DNA of 50,045 bases, filler included, from Dirinaria sp. TL-2023a (taxonomy: Eukaryota): the NCBI GenBank assembly GCA_051941275.1. It is 2 parts of 2 records of this genome, joined end to end, with 100 filler letters (N's around TTAATTAATTAA, not from the genome) between each part and the next. Parts side by side here need not be neighbours in the genome. Positions count along the whole stretch, not along the records: positions 25,111 to 50,045 come from JAVEBF010000180.1; 1 more part is not named here. One strand, given 5' to 3'. Of this stretch, positions 35,457-48,697 are shown piece after piece (position 1 is the stretch's first letter; every line of letters begins with the position of its first letter). The position numbers and the translations under genes are program-made. The notes beneath the pieces are model-generated. The model saw only the letters and a list, made by a program, of their open reading frames with translations, was not told the origin of the DNA and did no database searches.

Positions 35457-37309
35457 TCACGAGCCTTGAAGCGGCTGATCCATGCCTCCGAGAGTGACCG
35501 TCTTCGTGATCTGAAACTCCGAAATGCCATATTTACTGCCTTCCCTTCCAAATCCGCTGAATTTGACGCCGCCGAACCTAATTAATCGTCAGCGTTGCCT
35601 TACCTCCAGGCATTGGCGGATGGTTGACTTACGGCGCCGCAACATCGCTAATGAGACCGGTGTTGACTCCCACCATGCCCACTTCCAGAGCCTCCGCGAC
35701 CCGGTAAACTCGCTGGAGGTTGTTGCTGTAAAAGTACCCGGCCAGACCAACCTCGGCTGCATTGGCCATCTGCACAACGTCCTTCTCATTGTCGAACGGG
35801 AAAAGGCCTGCCACGGGCCCGAATGTCTCTTCTGAAGCAAGCTTCATATCCATGGTCATGCCTGTCAGCACCGTCGGCTGGAAGAAGCTCGACCCGAGAT
35901 CGGGTATCTTTTGACCCCCCACAAGTACTCTCGCGCCTTTCTTTTCGGCGTCTCTAACGTGAGCGTCTACCTTGCTAACAGCGCGATCGTGAATGAGAGG
36001 GCCGTGTGTGACCCCCTCGTCGTAACCACCACCGACTTTGAAGGCTTTGACCTTCTCGGCGAACGCTGAAGCAAACTTGTCATATATGCCTTTTTGTACA
36101 TAGATGCGGTTGGCACAGATGCAAGTTTGGCCAGAGCTTCGAAACTTGCAAGTGATTGCACCATTGACCGCGACCTCGAGGTCTGCGTCGTCGAAAACGA
36201 TGAACGGCGCATTCCCGCCTAATTCAAAAGACAGCTTCTTCAGCGTGTCCGCCGATTGCTTCATCAAAAGCTTGCCGACGCCAGTCGAGCCTGTAAATGA
36301 CACTTTGCGGACAGTCGGATTCGAGGTCAACGCTTCACCAACTTCCGCAGTATTGTGCAGAGCACTGACAATGTTGACGACACCTTTAGGAATGCCAGCC
36401 CGGGCGGCAAGGTCCACAAGGGCTAACGAGGTAAACGGTGTCTCACCCGGAGATTTGCACACGACAGTGCACCCAGCAGCCAGGGCAGGAGCGACCTTCC
36501 GGGTGATCATAGCAGCTGGGAAATTCCATCTATATCGCTTGTAAGCTGCATTGCGCAACGGCTGCTCATCCAGCGCTCACGGCGTGATAAGCCCACACAC
36601 ACCCACTGGCTCCTTGATCGTGAAAATTCTGTTCCCCGCGATAGATGCCGGAATTGTGTCTCCATCAATTCTGGGTGCCTCCTCGCTGAACCACTCGAAA
36701 AAGCCAGCCGCATAGGCAGTCTCGCCCTTTCCATCGTTCAGGGGCTTTCCGTTCTCCCACGTGATCAGCTTCGCGATGTCTTCTTGGTTATCCATCATCA
36801 ATTGATACCATCTTCTCAGCATTCGCGCTCGTTCTCTGGGAGTTGTTTGGCGGAACGATTTGAACGCCTCTGCAGCGATGTTCACGGCATCGTCGACATC
36901 CTCCTTGGCGCACTCAGGGCATGAACCGATGAGCTTTCCGGTGGATGGGTCTGTCCCAATAATCTAAGCCTTTGTGTGCTCAATAGCAAGCGAGGCTGAG
37001 CAATACCATGAACCTCGAATGTCTTGCCTGACTTAGCTTTAACCCATTCGCCATTCGCGTAGTAAACTCCCTGCTTGAACAGGGATTGGTCTTTCAACTG
37101 GTCAATCACGAGTTAGTTAGTCATGGCCTTTCCATATGGATATTGCATGTCTTGAGAGACTGGCCGTCCAATTCTGTAAGGGGGAAGCTCACAGAAGGGA
37201 CGCTCGAGTTAGGCATAGCATAGGTTCGTAACAGTATTCGAGGTAATTGATAACGTTGTTTAGAGGTTTGAAATAGAGGGGCTCTTGCTGTGTAGAGTAG
37301 AGCTCTCAT
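35457..37309 (-). CDS. UGA2: Succinate-semialdehyde dehydrogenase (ALDH family), 5 exons, possible mitochondrial presequence
   Basis: [40 protein letters not shown] and [18 protein letters not shown] assembled over four GT..AG introns. Confidence 0.93.
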
Positions 37310-37443
37310 TGTGTGGATTCGAAGAGAGGGAGAGTAAGGGTATTTAGACCAAAAAAATGCACCGTGCGACTTGATGTCACTTCGTCATGGCAGTTCGCTG
37401 CTTGTTGGGCGTCGTTGGCTCCGAGTTTGGACCGAGTGTGGGG

Positions 37444-37470
37444 TAGGTACATAATGTACCTAAGTACTTA
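37444..37470. promoter_or_regulatory. Palindromic elements upstream of UGA2
   Basis: TAGGTACAT-A-ATGTACCTA (37444-37462) overlaps the palindrome TAAGTACTTA (37461-37470), 135-160 bp upstream of the ATG. Confidence 0.3.
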
Positions 37471-38642
37471 CTTTAGGGAGCTCGGAGGGGAGCTACGTAA
37501 GGCTTCCTAGTAATAAACGGGATGACGTCGCGTGTGGTCGCAGAAAATGGAAGAACTGAAACCTCGGCATAAGGTAGATTTACCTAGAAACAGCAATGTC
37601 CTAAACCAAAAATCCTAAGATTTACATAGATACCTCACCTATGCAGCAATTCATGTAAGATACTTTCAATGAAGTCGACAGATTCTCTGACCAGTTCGAC
37701 TGATTGCAATCCACCATTGCTTGTAGATATTGTGGGTCTTGGCAGTGTCATCAAGGCTCGAATTGCAAAATTGCCCTGATTCCAATGCGGAGCTCATTTC
37801 AAAATTATTGAGCAGTTAGAGACCTAGAGTTGTGTGATGACATTATCCATAATCTGTCATGTATTTTTTCAAATACTCTGCGCATTCTTTATTGTATGTA
37901 AGCAGTACCATGAGGGCTCCACCGTTCCAGACAAACGGAGTTGGTGCATAGTGATACTGCTGAGAATACAGTCTGTTCGAACAACAGGTTTTCACTGTCC
38001 CATAACCCCGCCGAGGCATGCTTGGAGATGAGCCAGCTTAGAGGACCAAATCTTTGCTCCCATTATCATTATTGTCCATGCTAGCCTTGCTAGGGTAGAT
38101 AAGTTCGGTAAGACTGAAGATCTTAGCTCTCCCGACAAAGTCTCCGCTGCCAAGAAATACCAAATTCTCTGTGCAGGGGTTTTCAAGACGAAAGCAGTTC
38201 CTGTTGGTCAATTGACATGGACGGACCAATATGAGCGTCACAAATTGACTTCGAGGTCATCATTTGGTAGAAAAGAAATCTGCTTTTTTCTACAGCGTCA
38301 TGTAAGCTCGGATGTCTACCTTACGCTACTGCTGCGCTAGCTGAGGCTGAGGCCGAGGCGGATTATTCGTACCGAATCGAACAGGCATGGAGCCACGCCA
38401 CACAGCCGCGTAGCGTTGGTATTTGAAGTTGATCGTTCTTATCGCAGCCATGAGATTCTTGCATGAGGAGACAAGGTTTATTGGACGATGAGCCACAGCG
38501 TCCGTCTCACTTCGTGCTGAACCTGATCACTTCTCTCTCTTTTTCATACTGATGTCTGTGATGCTCCCACAGATTTCATCCTCTGAGCGCCGTGAGCCTT
38601 ACAGTGCGGGCTTGAAATGGTAAACGTTTGCCTCGGCGAACG

Positions 38643-40471
38643 ATGTCCGACCCATTATCGGTCGCTGCCGGTGTCATAGGCATTGTGACCGCTGCTGTTC
38701 AGGTATCGAAAGTTTTAATTGACTTTACCAATGGCATGCATGACGCACCAAGGCAAGCGACTGTTGTGCTCGAAAAAGTGAACAGTATACACATCATCAT
38801 GTCGCAGCTTCAGCCGTTCGTACTTGGGCTTGCGACGCCTGACCAATCAAGAAGTTGCTTGATACAAGTCGACGCTGTCATTGCGATCCTGACTGGCTGT
38901 GTCGCCACATTTTCAGAGCTCGAGCAAGTTCTTGACGGCCTCAGAGCGGAGGGTCTGGCAACATTCCTAGACAAGATCAAATGGACTAAAAAGGAGTCAA
39001 CAATTGCAAGTCTGATCATGAGACTTGAAACCCATGAATCATCATTGTCGCTAATGTTGAATATACTCAATGGGTGCGTGGCTGAAATTTTCACCTCGGT
39101 TAGAGTATGTACTAAATGATTGGAAGCAATACCATGCAAGAAGTCAAGGTTTCTGTCAATCGTCTGAATACAACCATGAATGAAAAGTATCAAGAAATCC
39201 TGGACAGACTCCGGTCTCTGGAATTGCGACAGTCTGTAATTTCTCGACCGGCCTCCCGAAGCTCGACTGTTTTCTCGGAACGTCCTTCATCAGAGGCGCG
39301 GAGCCAAAAGGCTGAGGCGGATATTGAGGGGAACGAGGGCCAAGCGGGGAAGACTTTCAACTTGAAGTTTGAAAGAGATCTTGCCATAACTCGCGTCTAT
39401 AGGAAAACCCTCTTTCCAGGATCCACCTCCTCCCTTTTGACAACTGAAGAGGAGCCCCAGTGCAATTGGTCAATGCTCTCGGCTCTGAGTATGGCCGACA
39501 TGGCATCCCAGATATCCGTACTCAATCTGGCAATTTCTGCTTCTGATGTATACAATTCAAACCAATATACAGAAAAGAGCCTAGATAAATTTCTAGATAA
39601 AATGGATAACAACCAGCAAAATGGGGAGGAGCCCAAGGAAGGCATGGAAAAGGCCATGAAGAAATTCCCCCACCCTTTACAGCAGTTCATCGATGGACAG
39701 CATAAAGCTGAGGATCCAGCTGCAGAGGTCGTCATAGTGGCAGCGTTTGAGACTTTGGGCCTGCCGGCACCACTGTCCTCAAAATATGCACTATACATGA
39801 TCCATGAAAATCCCCAGAAGGAACTTGGATATGCAATCGACTCTCGGTATAAATACTTTTGGAAGAGGCTCGAGCCTACAGAAAAGCCGTTACGGATTTC
39901 CAGAGATTGGGTACGCAAAGGCCGGCAGCCGATATTTATGATTCGAAGACCTGCAGGGCCGTTTGTGAATGCCCAAGGAATTACCAGAAATTCAATGGAG
40001 CAATTTGGTTATCATGTCGATGGTTGGCTGATCGACGCCGAGGCCTTCTATCGACAAACTAGGTCTTCTCAGCGTGACAGCGGACTGAAATGCCACGGAG
40101 AGGAGTTCTACATACCTGCGATGAAAAATGGTGGTTCAACGACCAATTCAGGTTTGAGATATGTACGCGCCACTTCACAGGAATCCTGCCGTGAGGTATT
40201 GCGACGTGCCTTGGAGCAATACAACATCCCCTCCCTAGAGTGGGGACGATACAGGCTCGCAATACTTGACAATAGAGAAGTAAGATATTTAAGTTTGGAG
40301 GAAAAGCCATTGGCATTGTTCAGCGAGGGCCGAAACCCGATTTTCGAAGTACGAGAAATCGGAAACGGGATACCAGCCTACCACAAGCCAGAGATTGATC
40401 AGGTATACTTAAGAAGCAAAGCCCGAATCTGGTCATCCCGACTTAGAAAGGTTCCTTACACCATGGGTTGA
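38643..40471 (+). CDS. HeLo-like/fungal STAND N-terminal domain protein with two C-terminal Ste50-type RA domains, 2 exons
   Basis: MSDPLSVAAGVIGIV...DAP...IKW..KE..I..L..RLE..K/ESSLSLML N-terminus; intron ~39074-39126; FERDL..TRVYR linker; two segments matching the Ste50 RA pattern (C.EVL..AL..YNI...W..Y.L.I.....R.L..EEKPL..F..GR.PIF..R). Confidence 0.82.
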
Positions 40472-40554
40472 ACCGAACAGCAGTACCCTCTTTTTTGGTT
40501 AAAAGCACAGAAAACCGCCTCTGTCACTCATCTAAGCGAACGCTGCAATAGGTG

Positions 40555-43500
40555 TTAGGTGAACGAACGAACTTCCATGCCTATCCCAGCTAAGATGAGT
40601 TGGTTGGCAGCAATGAGTTCGATGTACGCTAGATCTGCGATAGTAGTAGAGGAATTATAGCGTCTGCGTACGGAAAAGCCTTCAACGCCCGGCCGACCAA
40701 GGTCAACATCAACTTGCCAGATTTGAAGCCTCTGATCGTTGCCGGAACTGATGAAATCATACTTTCTTTGAAGGTCACTGTACTCCACGTTTAAGAAACG
40801 AAGGGCAGTCGCCGCAGAGGCGTGGGCCTTGGGGATCACTAGCGTCGAGAGTGATATTGAGACATCGGAAGAACTTTTCTGGTCTTCCACATGCGCTGTT
40901 CCCGTACGCGAGAAAGCTATGGAACCGTCATCACCTGCAGTAGCCAAGATCGTGTCGGCATCAGATATGCACACGGTGGCCATACATTGAATACTGTTTT
41001 GGTGTACCCGGTAACGAGACGCCCAAGTTAGCACATCCTGAATCGTGATCTTTCCTAAAGACGTAATCCAATGCTGGGAATGATCATGTGCTTTCTGAGT
41101 TGAAGTGTGCGCATCTACGCCTACGGAGAGCGGCCAGAAACTAATATAACCGTCTGTGCTTGTTGTACACAGACAGGGTAAATCGTTCAAACGAAGGACT
41201 TTGGTCTGTGTGAGGCAGTAGCTGGTATACTGCCCCCTTGAAACCAGTACCCACGATCTAGTATTGCATTCGTAGGTGAATATCTAGCAACTTATAAGTC
41301 AAGTCAGGCGAAAACGGATGATATACTTACTCTGATTGAAGAGTCTGAATAGACTGCGAAGAAAATATAAGTCTCCAAGGGACTCTCGGCATTTTTCCAA
41401 AGCATATCAAAATCCATGATCCGCAGATCTGCCGATTCAGTCGCTTTCGGATATGCTGAATCGCACACGATACCAATACCGAAGTAGGGAACGTAATGGA
41501 CCCGCCAAATGAAAAGCTCTTCACGCCCTGCAGCACTGAACAAGAAATGCCCGTTCGGTGACCATCGCAATTTTCGGATGCCTGTCGTGTGCTTAGGCAG
41601 AATGTGCAAGCATTGGAAGTTATCTCCAAAATTGCTGCGATCATCAGGCAAATCGAATATTCGGATCGTCGTATCTTCTGCTCCAGACGCTAAGAACCTG
41701 TGATGAACACCGCTTTCGTCCACGATCGCTGGTGAAATTGCCACGGCCTTGATTTCTCGGCCATGCCCACCAAACTGCATTAGACGGTGCGATGCTTGTG
41801 GTTGTATAGAGATATTAAATAAAGATGCTTTAGTCCAGATGAAGTTTCCTCCATCCGAGTTGTCAGATCGCGGTATGTACGCCCAATTGCGATTCGAGCC
41901 GCCGCACTCGACATTCATGGTTTCCATCTTCCGGGTTTCATTCCATACCACAAACTCCTTGCCACGGAAGCCCCAAAGAATCAATTCTTTGCCGGTGTGA
42001 TGGAAAATTCCGCCCTCAACATGTGGGCCGAAAGGTAGAGCACCAACGTGGAGCGTCGAGAAATCAATGTTCAGACTCTGCTTAGAGGACTCAGACTTTG
42101 TGAGTCGATGGATGGCATATGTGCCGTTTCTGCCTGTGGTGAGGATGTGGCAGATATTAGAATCAGGTGAATAACTTGGTACGAATACAGCAATAATGGT
42201 AGTCACTGCGTCTGATCCATGCACACGGTGTACGGATAGACGGCGAGCAGCTTGTGGTTTGACTACTTCTGACACATCAATGCTGTAGATGGCAATGTCG
42301 CCGCCGCGAGATCCTAGGCTTACTAGGCCTTCCCATTCAATGCAGCGCGAAGTCGTCGCTACGAAAGATGTCGGAAGGTCCAGGTTCACTTTTCTGGTCC
42401 TCAACGCTTCTCCATCCAGCTGCACAAGAAGGCAATGCGCCGTTGAGGTTCCAACAAATGAGACAAAGATGAATAACTCTACGCTCTGTTTCCCTTGAAC
42501 TCTTACGCTCGGACAATCCCTCAACTGCGAAGCCTGCATACATGCCACTTTCCTGGGTAGCTCAGTGATCTTTGCCACAGTTCGCGTTCTATGCTTGTAA
42601 AGGAAGATTGTGCCATTACTACCAGTTAGCACAGCTGTGTCCGTCTTCTCTGCAACCGTTATAATGCTTGTTCCCTTCAATTCTGGAAGCTCTACTATCT
42701 TGCTCCACGATAAGGATAAGGACTGTGGAGACCCAGGCGGCGTTTGCTTCAGAGTGAGTGAGCCGAGCAAGACCCAGCCGTGATCAGTCGTGGCCAAGAA
42801 ATTTTCTTCATTTATCCATGCATAAGTCTTCAAGGATTCTGCCTCCGTATATTTTGAGTCAGTACCGGTTGCGGCCAGAGCCGTGTCAAGTTGTGACTTT
42901 GTGCTGAGCTCTTTTGACGGAGTACCATTGCTAATCTCCCGAGAATACCGAGACTCTGCCACGTAATCTTTGTTAGGACCTTTCACGGTGTATTTCAGAC
43001 TCCATACTTGGTTGCGAGCGCCATTCAATTCGAACTTGTATTCGGCGCTATAGTTGTCCTCAACACACAGATGGTAACCATTTGCTAGAAGGATACTTGT
43101 GGGATGGTCGTCAGGCAATTGACCAAATCTGAGCGTATGAAAGAGATAATCCACGGATGAGCCGTCCTCTGGCTTCACAAACCAAGCACTGATTTGGTCT
43201 TTGCTCTCTTGGTATCGATATGCGTACTGTCTACTGGCCGCAAGTCTGAAACCTTGATGTGTAGTGAGCTCGCCTACCTCTGTGTAGAGATATTCCATGT
43301 CATAAGCTTGGTTCGAAGGTGGCCGATCTTCGAAGTTGGCTGTGCCCTTCAGTGTCCCAGACGGATAGGTGGGTATCGCACTATGTAAGTCGCGTTCTAA
43401 GGTCCACTCTCCTTTCAATGAGGTAAACATTCGCATGAGTGGTGAAATATCTGGAGCCGCAGGTTCTGCATTAAGAACTAGGTGCTGCTGAATGTCATCG

Positions 43501-44772
43501 ACACTGTACTGCTTCCGCCAATCATTGTTGCACAGAGGTTGCTCATGGTTTCCAAGCTCGTATGTTACTATGCGTCCATCTGCTCCTCCTGAGGCAATCT
43601 GCAATTTTGAGTCTGCTTGCTCAGACACAGCCACGGCCCACAAATTCTTCCCAAAATGGTACTTGTACGTGGATAAATGCTCAAGTCGGAAAGGCGCCGC
43701 TCCACTCCAGAATTCTGCAGGGCTGGCCTTGCTCAATCGCCATATCCGCGCGGTACTGTCTTCGCCGTAGGAGAGCACGTACCATGATTGCCCTGCGTGA
43801 CCAAGAAACCGGACTCCCCAAATGCGTGAGCTATGTCCCATGCTTATTTCCGGGGTAGAGCTCTGTTCGGGGCCAACCGATATGTTTTGGCCTCTTTGAT
43901 CCGATGCATTGCGAATTATGTCAGTCACATTATGGAAGCGGATTGATCGATCGTCACCACAGCTTGCCATGAAGCGATTTTCAACAGGAGGTTCGGCCAG
44001 CTGAAGCTCAGATAAGGACACACCAAAGACAGATCCCTCATGACCGCCAAATGTATGATGCATCTGACTCGAGATCGTAGAAGAAGCCGGGATTTGTAAT
44101 GGGTCTACATAGAATGACCATAAAAAAACATCTCCAAACGCGGTGCCAGCTGCCACAAGGCCTGAACCATTGTGTGAATATGTCAAATCTGCGGAACACA
44201 GAAGAGTTCGAGGTCCTGATGTGAGACATCTTATATCCGCAAGTCGTGGAGCTTTCTGACCTTTTCCACTCAGTTGCAAAGATAGTAAAACATTGTGAGA
44301 TGTAACCAATATCGCTTGAATGGAAGGAGAATTATAGTGGTCGCCAATAACGTGGTTTGAAAAGCACGCGTCTAGTATTCGGTCGTCGGCACATCCTTCG
44401 ATGTCGATCTTGACATCGATGGATAGCTGACCATTAAGTCGGTTACACTTGAATTCGACCACGCAGATCGAGCGACCAGCCCATACGAGGGCAGTGGCGC
44501 AGTCTTCCCGTAGCCTCAAACACACACGAGACTTGATCCCTTGAACTGGATTCGAGGGGAAAAGCTTCACCGAGCGAATGATGCTACATGTCTGTACATT
44601 ATAGATACGCAGAAACGGACCCTCACCAGCCAGCAACAGCTCGGAAGACTTTGTCTGTAGAAAACGCAATGCGGTCACCGGATAGATGGCATGATCAAGC
44701 TACGCACAAGACACATTCAATATCAATCTGAACAAGACATCGCTCTTGACTTACTTCGGCGGACCCTGACAT
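40555..44772 (-). CDS. TRM734: WD40 protein Trm734/Rtt10/WDR6 (Trm7 partner) with an internal inserted domain, 3 exons
   Basis: Exons 44772-44755, 44699-41331 and 41283-40555; motifs LLLAGEGP, GHEGSVFGV, SCGDDRSIR, GHSSRIW, ECGGSNRNW, HGREIKAV, SGAEDTTIR, HQNSI and SSGNDQRL. Confidence 0.88.
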
Positions 44773-45261
44773 GAGAGATGAAGCGTTGGTAGAATCAAAG
44801 GTGCTCTTGTACCTGGCATTGGACAAGCAGTCTGATGGGTCGAATGGAGAAGTGAAGCAAGCGTACCGGAGCAAATAATCGTAGATTACATACTTACTTC
44901 ACAGTATTTGCCTGATAGGGCTGATTTAGGGCTTTGTGAGGGCTGAAGATCCTTACCTTACCTAGGTAGCGTCTCGGCCAAGTCGGACCGAGGAGTTGCT
45001 CTATGGAGGCGAAACAAGAGCTGTGTGGGGCGGATCGATACTCTATCTTGGACGTTGCTCGATTGCCTCCTCTGATTATCTACCACGACGGGATCATGAC
45101 CATGATAGTCCGTCTTTTGGAACATTTGCTCAAGCCTACAACCTTCTGACCTGTTGCCACAAAAGCGTCTTCCTTTCCAGCCTCCAAAGTCCGTTTCCTT
45201 CGAGACCACCGCTAGGCTCCAGCCACACACGCATATCTGTTCGCTTTGGTGCTAGTGGTAG

Positions 45262-48200
45262 ATGTGTGCTTGGAAGATAGCCCTTGTGGCACTCACATTT
45301 ACGGGTCAAATATGGAGCTCAGAAGGATATCGGAACACCTCCAGTTACATTACCTCGGCGCCGGGCTTCTCTTTCCAGGAAGATCGACCGGACGGCTGCC
45401 CCCCTTGCTTTAACTGCAACCTCGAAGCTTTTCAGTGTGCACAATTCGGTACATGCAACAAGTATAATGGCAAATGCTCCTGTCCCGCAGGTTTTGGAGG
45501 GGAAGACTGCTCTTTCCCGCTATGCGACTCCTTGGCCCATGGCAAGGATAGAACGCCGAGGGCGGATGGAGAATGTGAATGTGACGAGGGTTGGGAGGGA
45601 ATCAACTGCAATGTTTGCAGAACGAATGATGCATGCAATGCTCTGATGCCAGAAGGCGAGGGAGGTGTCTGCTATGACAGTTTCAGAGTCGTCAAGGAAA
45701 ACCACCAAATGTGCAACGTCACCAACCGCAAGATCTTGGACCAGCTGAAGGAGAGGACTCCACAGATAACATTCTCGTGTAACGCTGAAGACGAGACGTG
45801 CAACTTTCAATGTGAGTACAAAGCTCGATCGCTACTCTCAGGCTACTAATCAGTCGTAGTCTGGGTGGGCCAAGACGAGTCTTTCTTTTGCGATCTTGAT
45901 ACCTGCTCGTTCAGCCACAAAGACGACTATGATCGGAATGTCACAACATATAGATGTGAGAACATCAGATGTTCATGTGTGCCTGGGCGAATGTTGTGCG
46001 GAGAGGAGGGTTCAATCGACATTGGCGATTTCCTGGATCAAGAGATTAAGGGCCCCGCATCCCTGACAACCATACAGACTGAGGGAGGCAGCAGCAAAGA
46101 TGGAAGCAAATTCGATGAACCAGCGATGAACAATCTCATCAAGAGTGTTTTTGGCGACGAAAGTATTACGCTGCAATGCCATTCTGGGGAATGCCTATAC
46201 CGTACCGATGTCCCAGGTTACACCCGGCCCGTTAAGGAAATCAATACACCATTGATCGCGGGTGTCATAGCTGGGTGTGCGCTGTTCGTGGTTCTGGTCA
46301 TTCTACTGGTCTGGTTCTTGTCAAGACGATCGTTCAGACATGGACCGATCCACCTGTCAGATGACTCAGATGACGAGAGCGCTCAACTGATGACGGAGCA
46401 TAAGGCAGCTTCTCTTCAGTTCGAAAATGTCTCTTACCACCTGAACGGTAAGCAGATCCTCCACGGTGTTCAGGGGATGGCAGTCCCCGGCCAGATCACC
46501 GCAGTCATGGGAGCCTCAGGTATGTTTTACCCGCGCCTGAAACCCGCTTCGGTAGAAGTGCTGATGTGAGCTCCAGGAGCGGGAAAGTCGACTTTCCTCG
46601 ATATCCTTGCGAGGAAGAACAAGCGTGGTGTTGCTTCGGGTGATTTCTTTGTCAACGGTGAGAAAGTTCCTGACCGGGAATATCGTCACGTCATCGGTTT
46701 CGTCGACCAAGACGATACTATGCTACCCACCTTGACCGTTCATGAAACAATCATGACGAGTGCTCTTCTTCGCCTACCTCGCGACATGGGTATAACAGCA
46801 AAGGAGCAAAGGGTCTACGATGTCGAGAGGCAATTAGGGATCACCAATATTAAGGACCAACTCATCGGATCTGAAGAAGGTAACGGCCGCGGCATCTCTG
46901 GTGGTGAGAAACGAAGAGTCGGCATCGCTTGTGAGCTAGTCACAAGTCCAAGCATTCTTTTCTTGGACGAGCCTACAAGCGGCCTTGATGCTTTCAACGC
47001 ATTCAACGTGGTTGAATGCTTGGTCACTTTGGCAAAGACCTATAACAGGACGGTCATCTTCACCATACACCAGCCGCGCTCAAACATTGTTGCACTTTTT
47101 GACTACTTAGTTCTCCTGGCGAAAGGGAGAACCGTCTATTCGGGTCCTTTTAGCAATTGCCAGAATTACTTTGATCAGATCGGCTATCCTTGCCCGCCAG
47201 GTTTCAACATTGCTGACTACCTCGTGGATCTTACAATGCACGCCGAAACCGCCAACCCTTCGTCCGAAGAGAATGGGCCTGCAGGGTTTGATGGAAGCTC
47301 TGAGGCCATGAGGACCGTTGGGAGCAGTGTCCGCGCGATCAAATCCATCGCAAGCACTTCCAACGTGAGCATTGATAATAGTAGCTATGGCAGTCATAAC
47401 GAAAGCGGACGGCCAAAGAGTAAAAGGAAGCAGTCTCTGAAACAACAACAAGACCGTAAGCTTTATACGCGCAAGAAAAGCAGTGGTGATGACACGCCGG
47501 CAACGCCGAGGACCGACGACGAAAGCTCCATTGCAGATGATAATCGAAACTCTCAGGATTGGCTCAAGCTTTCACGGCAACAGCACGGACAAGTCCCTCC
47601 ACAAGTTATGGACGACCCGCATCAACTTCCACCGGCTGCGTCCGGAACTACAGGTCTGGATGAGCTGGTCTCAAGCTATTCTCGCTCTGAAGTCGCTATG
47701 TCAGTGCATGAGGATATTACCAGCGCTGTGAAGAATGCGACGACGGCCAACGGTTCGTCAAATGGCCAGAATGGCGCATCGGCAGCAATGAGGACCTATC
47801 GACGAGTAGGATATCTGCGCCAATTTAGCATCCTCTCGCAACGGACATGGCGGAACCTCTATCGCAACCCGATGCTCATGTTGACACATTATGCAATATC
47901 AATCCTGTTGGCGGTTCTCTCCGGGTACTTATTCTATGGCCTGACCGACGACATCCCAGGTTTCCAAAACCGGATGGGCCTTTTCTTCTTCATCCTAGCC
48001 CTGTTTGGCTTCAGTACTTTGACGAGTCTAACAGTGTTTTCTTCTGAGCGATTACTCTTCGTAAGAGAGAGAGCAAACGGCTACTACTCTCCGATCACTT
48101 ATTTCGCCGCCAAACTCGTGTTCGACGTTGTGCCGCTACGGCTCATTCCTCCAATTATCTTTGCTGCCATTGTGTACCCGATGACAGGCCTGGTGCCGGC

Positions 48201-48697
48201 CTGGCCCAAATTTCTCACGTTTATATTAGTCCTAGTACTCTTCAACCTTGCGGCAGCAGCAATATGCTTGTTCATCGGTATCGTATTCAAAGATGGTGGG
48301 GTGGCGAATCTGATCGGGAGCTTGGTGATGCTGTTCAGCTTGCTCTTTGCTGGTTTGTTGCTCAACCATGATGCTATACCAAAGGCGGCATTGTGGCTCC
48401 AAACAGTGAGTTTTGCACGCTATAAAGTTGTCCGAATCGGATCGTTCTAACGGATTGTAGCTCTCCATCTTTCATTACGGCTTTGAAGCACTAAGCGTCA
48501 ACGAGGTCTCTTATCTCACTCTCATCGACCACAAGTATGGCCTCGATATCGAGGTGCCGGGCGCATCTATTTTGAGTGCCTTTGGCGTCGATACTCTCGC
48601 TTTGTGGAATGATGTGATCGGCCTTGCAGTCTTTTCTGGAGTATTCATTGTTCTGGCCTACGTCGCTATGCACCTACTTCTTGTTGAGAAGCGATAA
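45262..48697 (+). CDS. ADP1: ABCG half-transporter with Cys-rich EGF-like lumenal N-terminus (Adp1), 4 exons
   Basis: Signal peptide and CPPCFNC/EGF-like repeats; Walker A GASGAGKST split by the intron at ~46520-46575; [25 protein letters not shown] and a C-terminal TM domain ending LLVEKR*. Confidence 0.95.
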
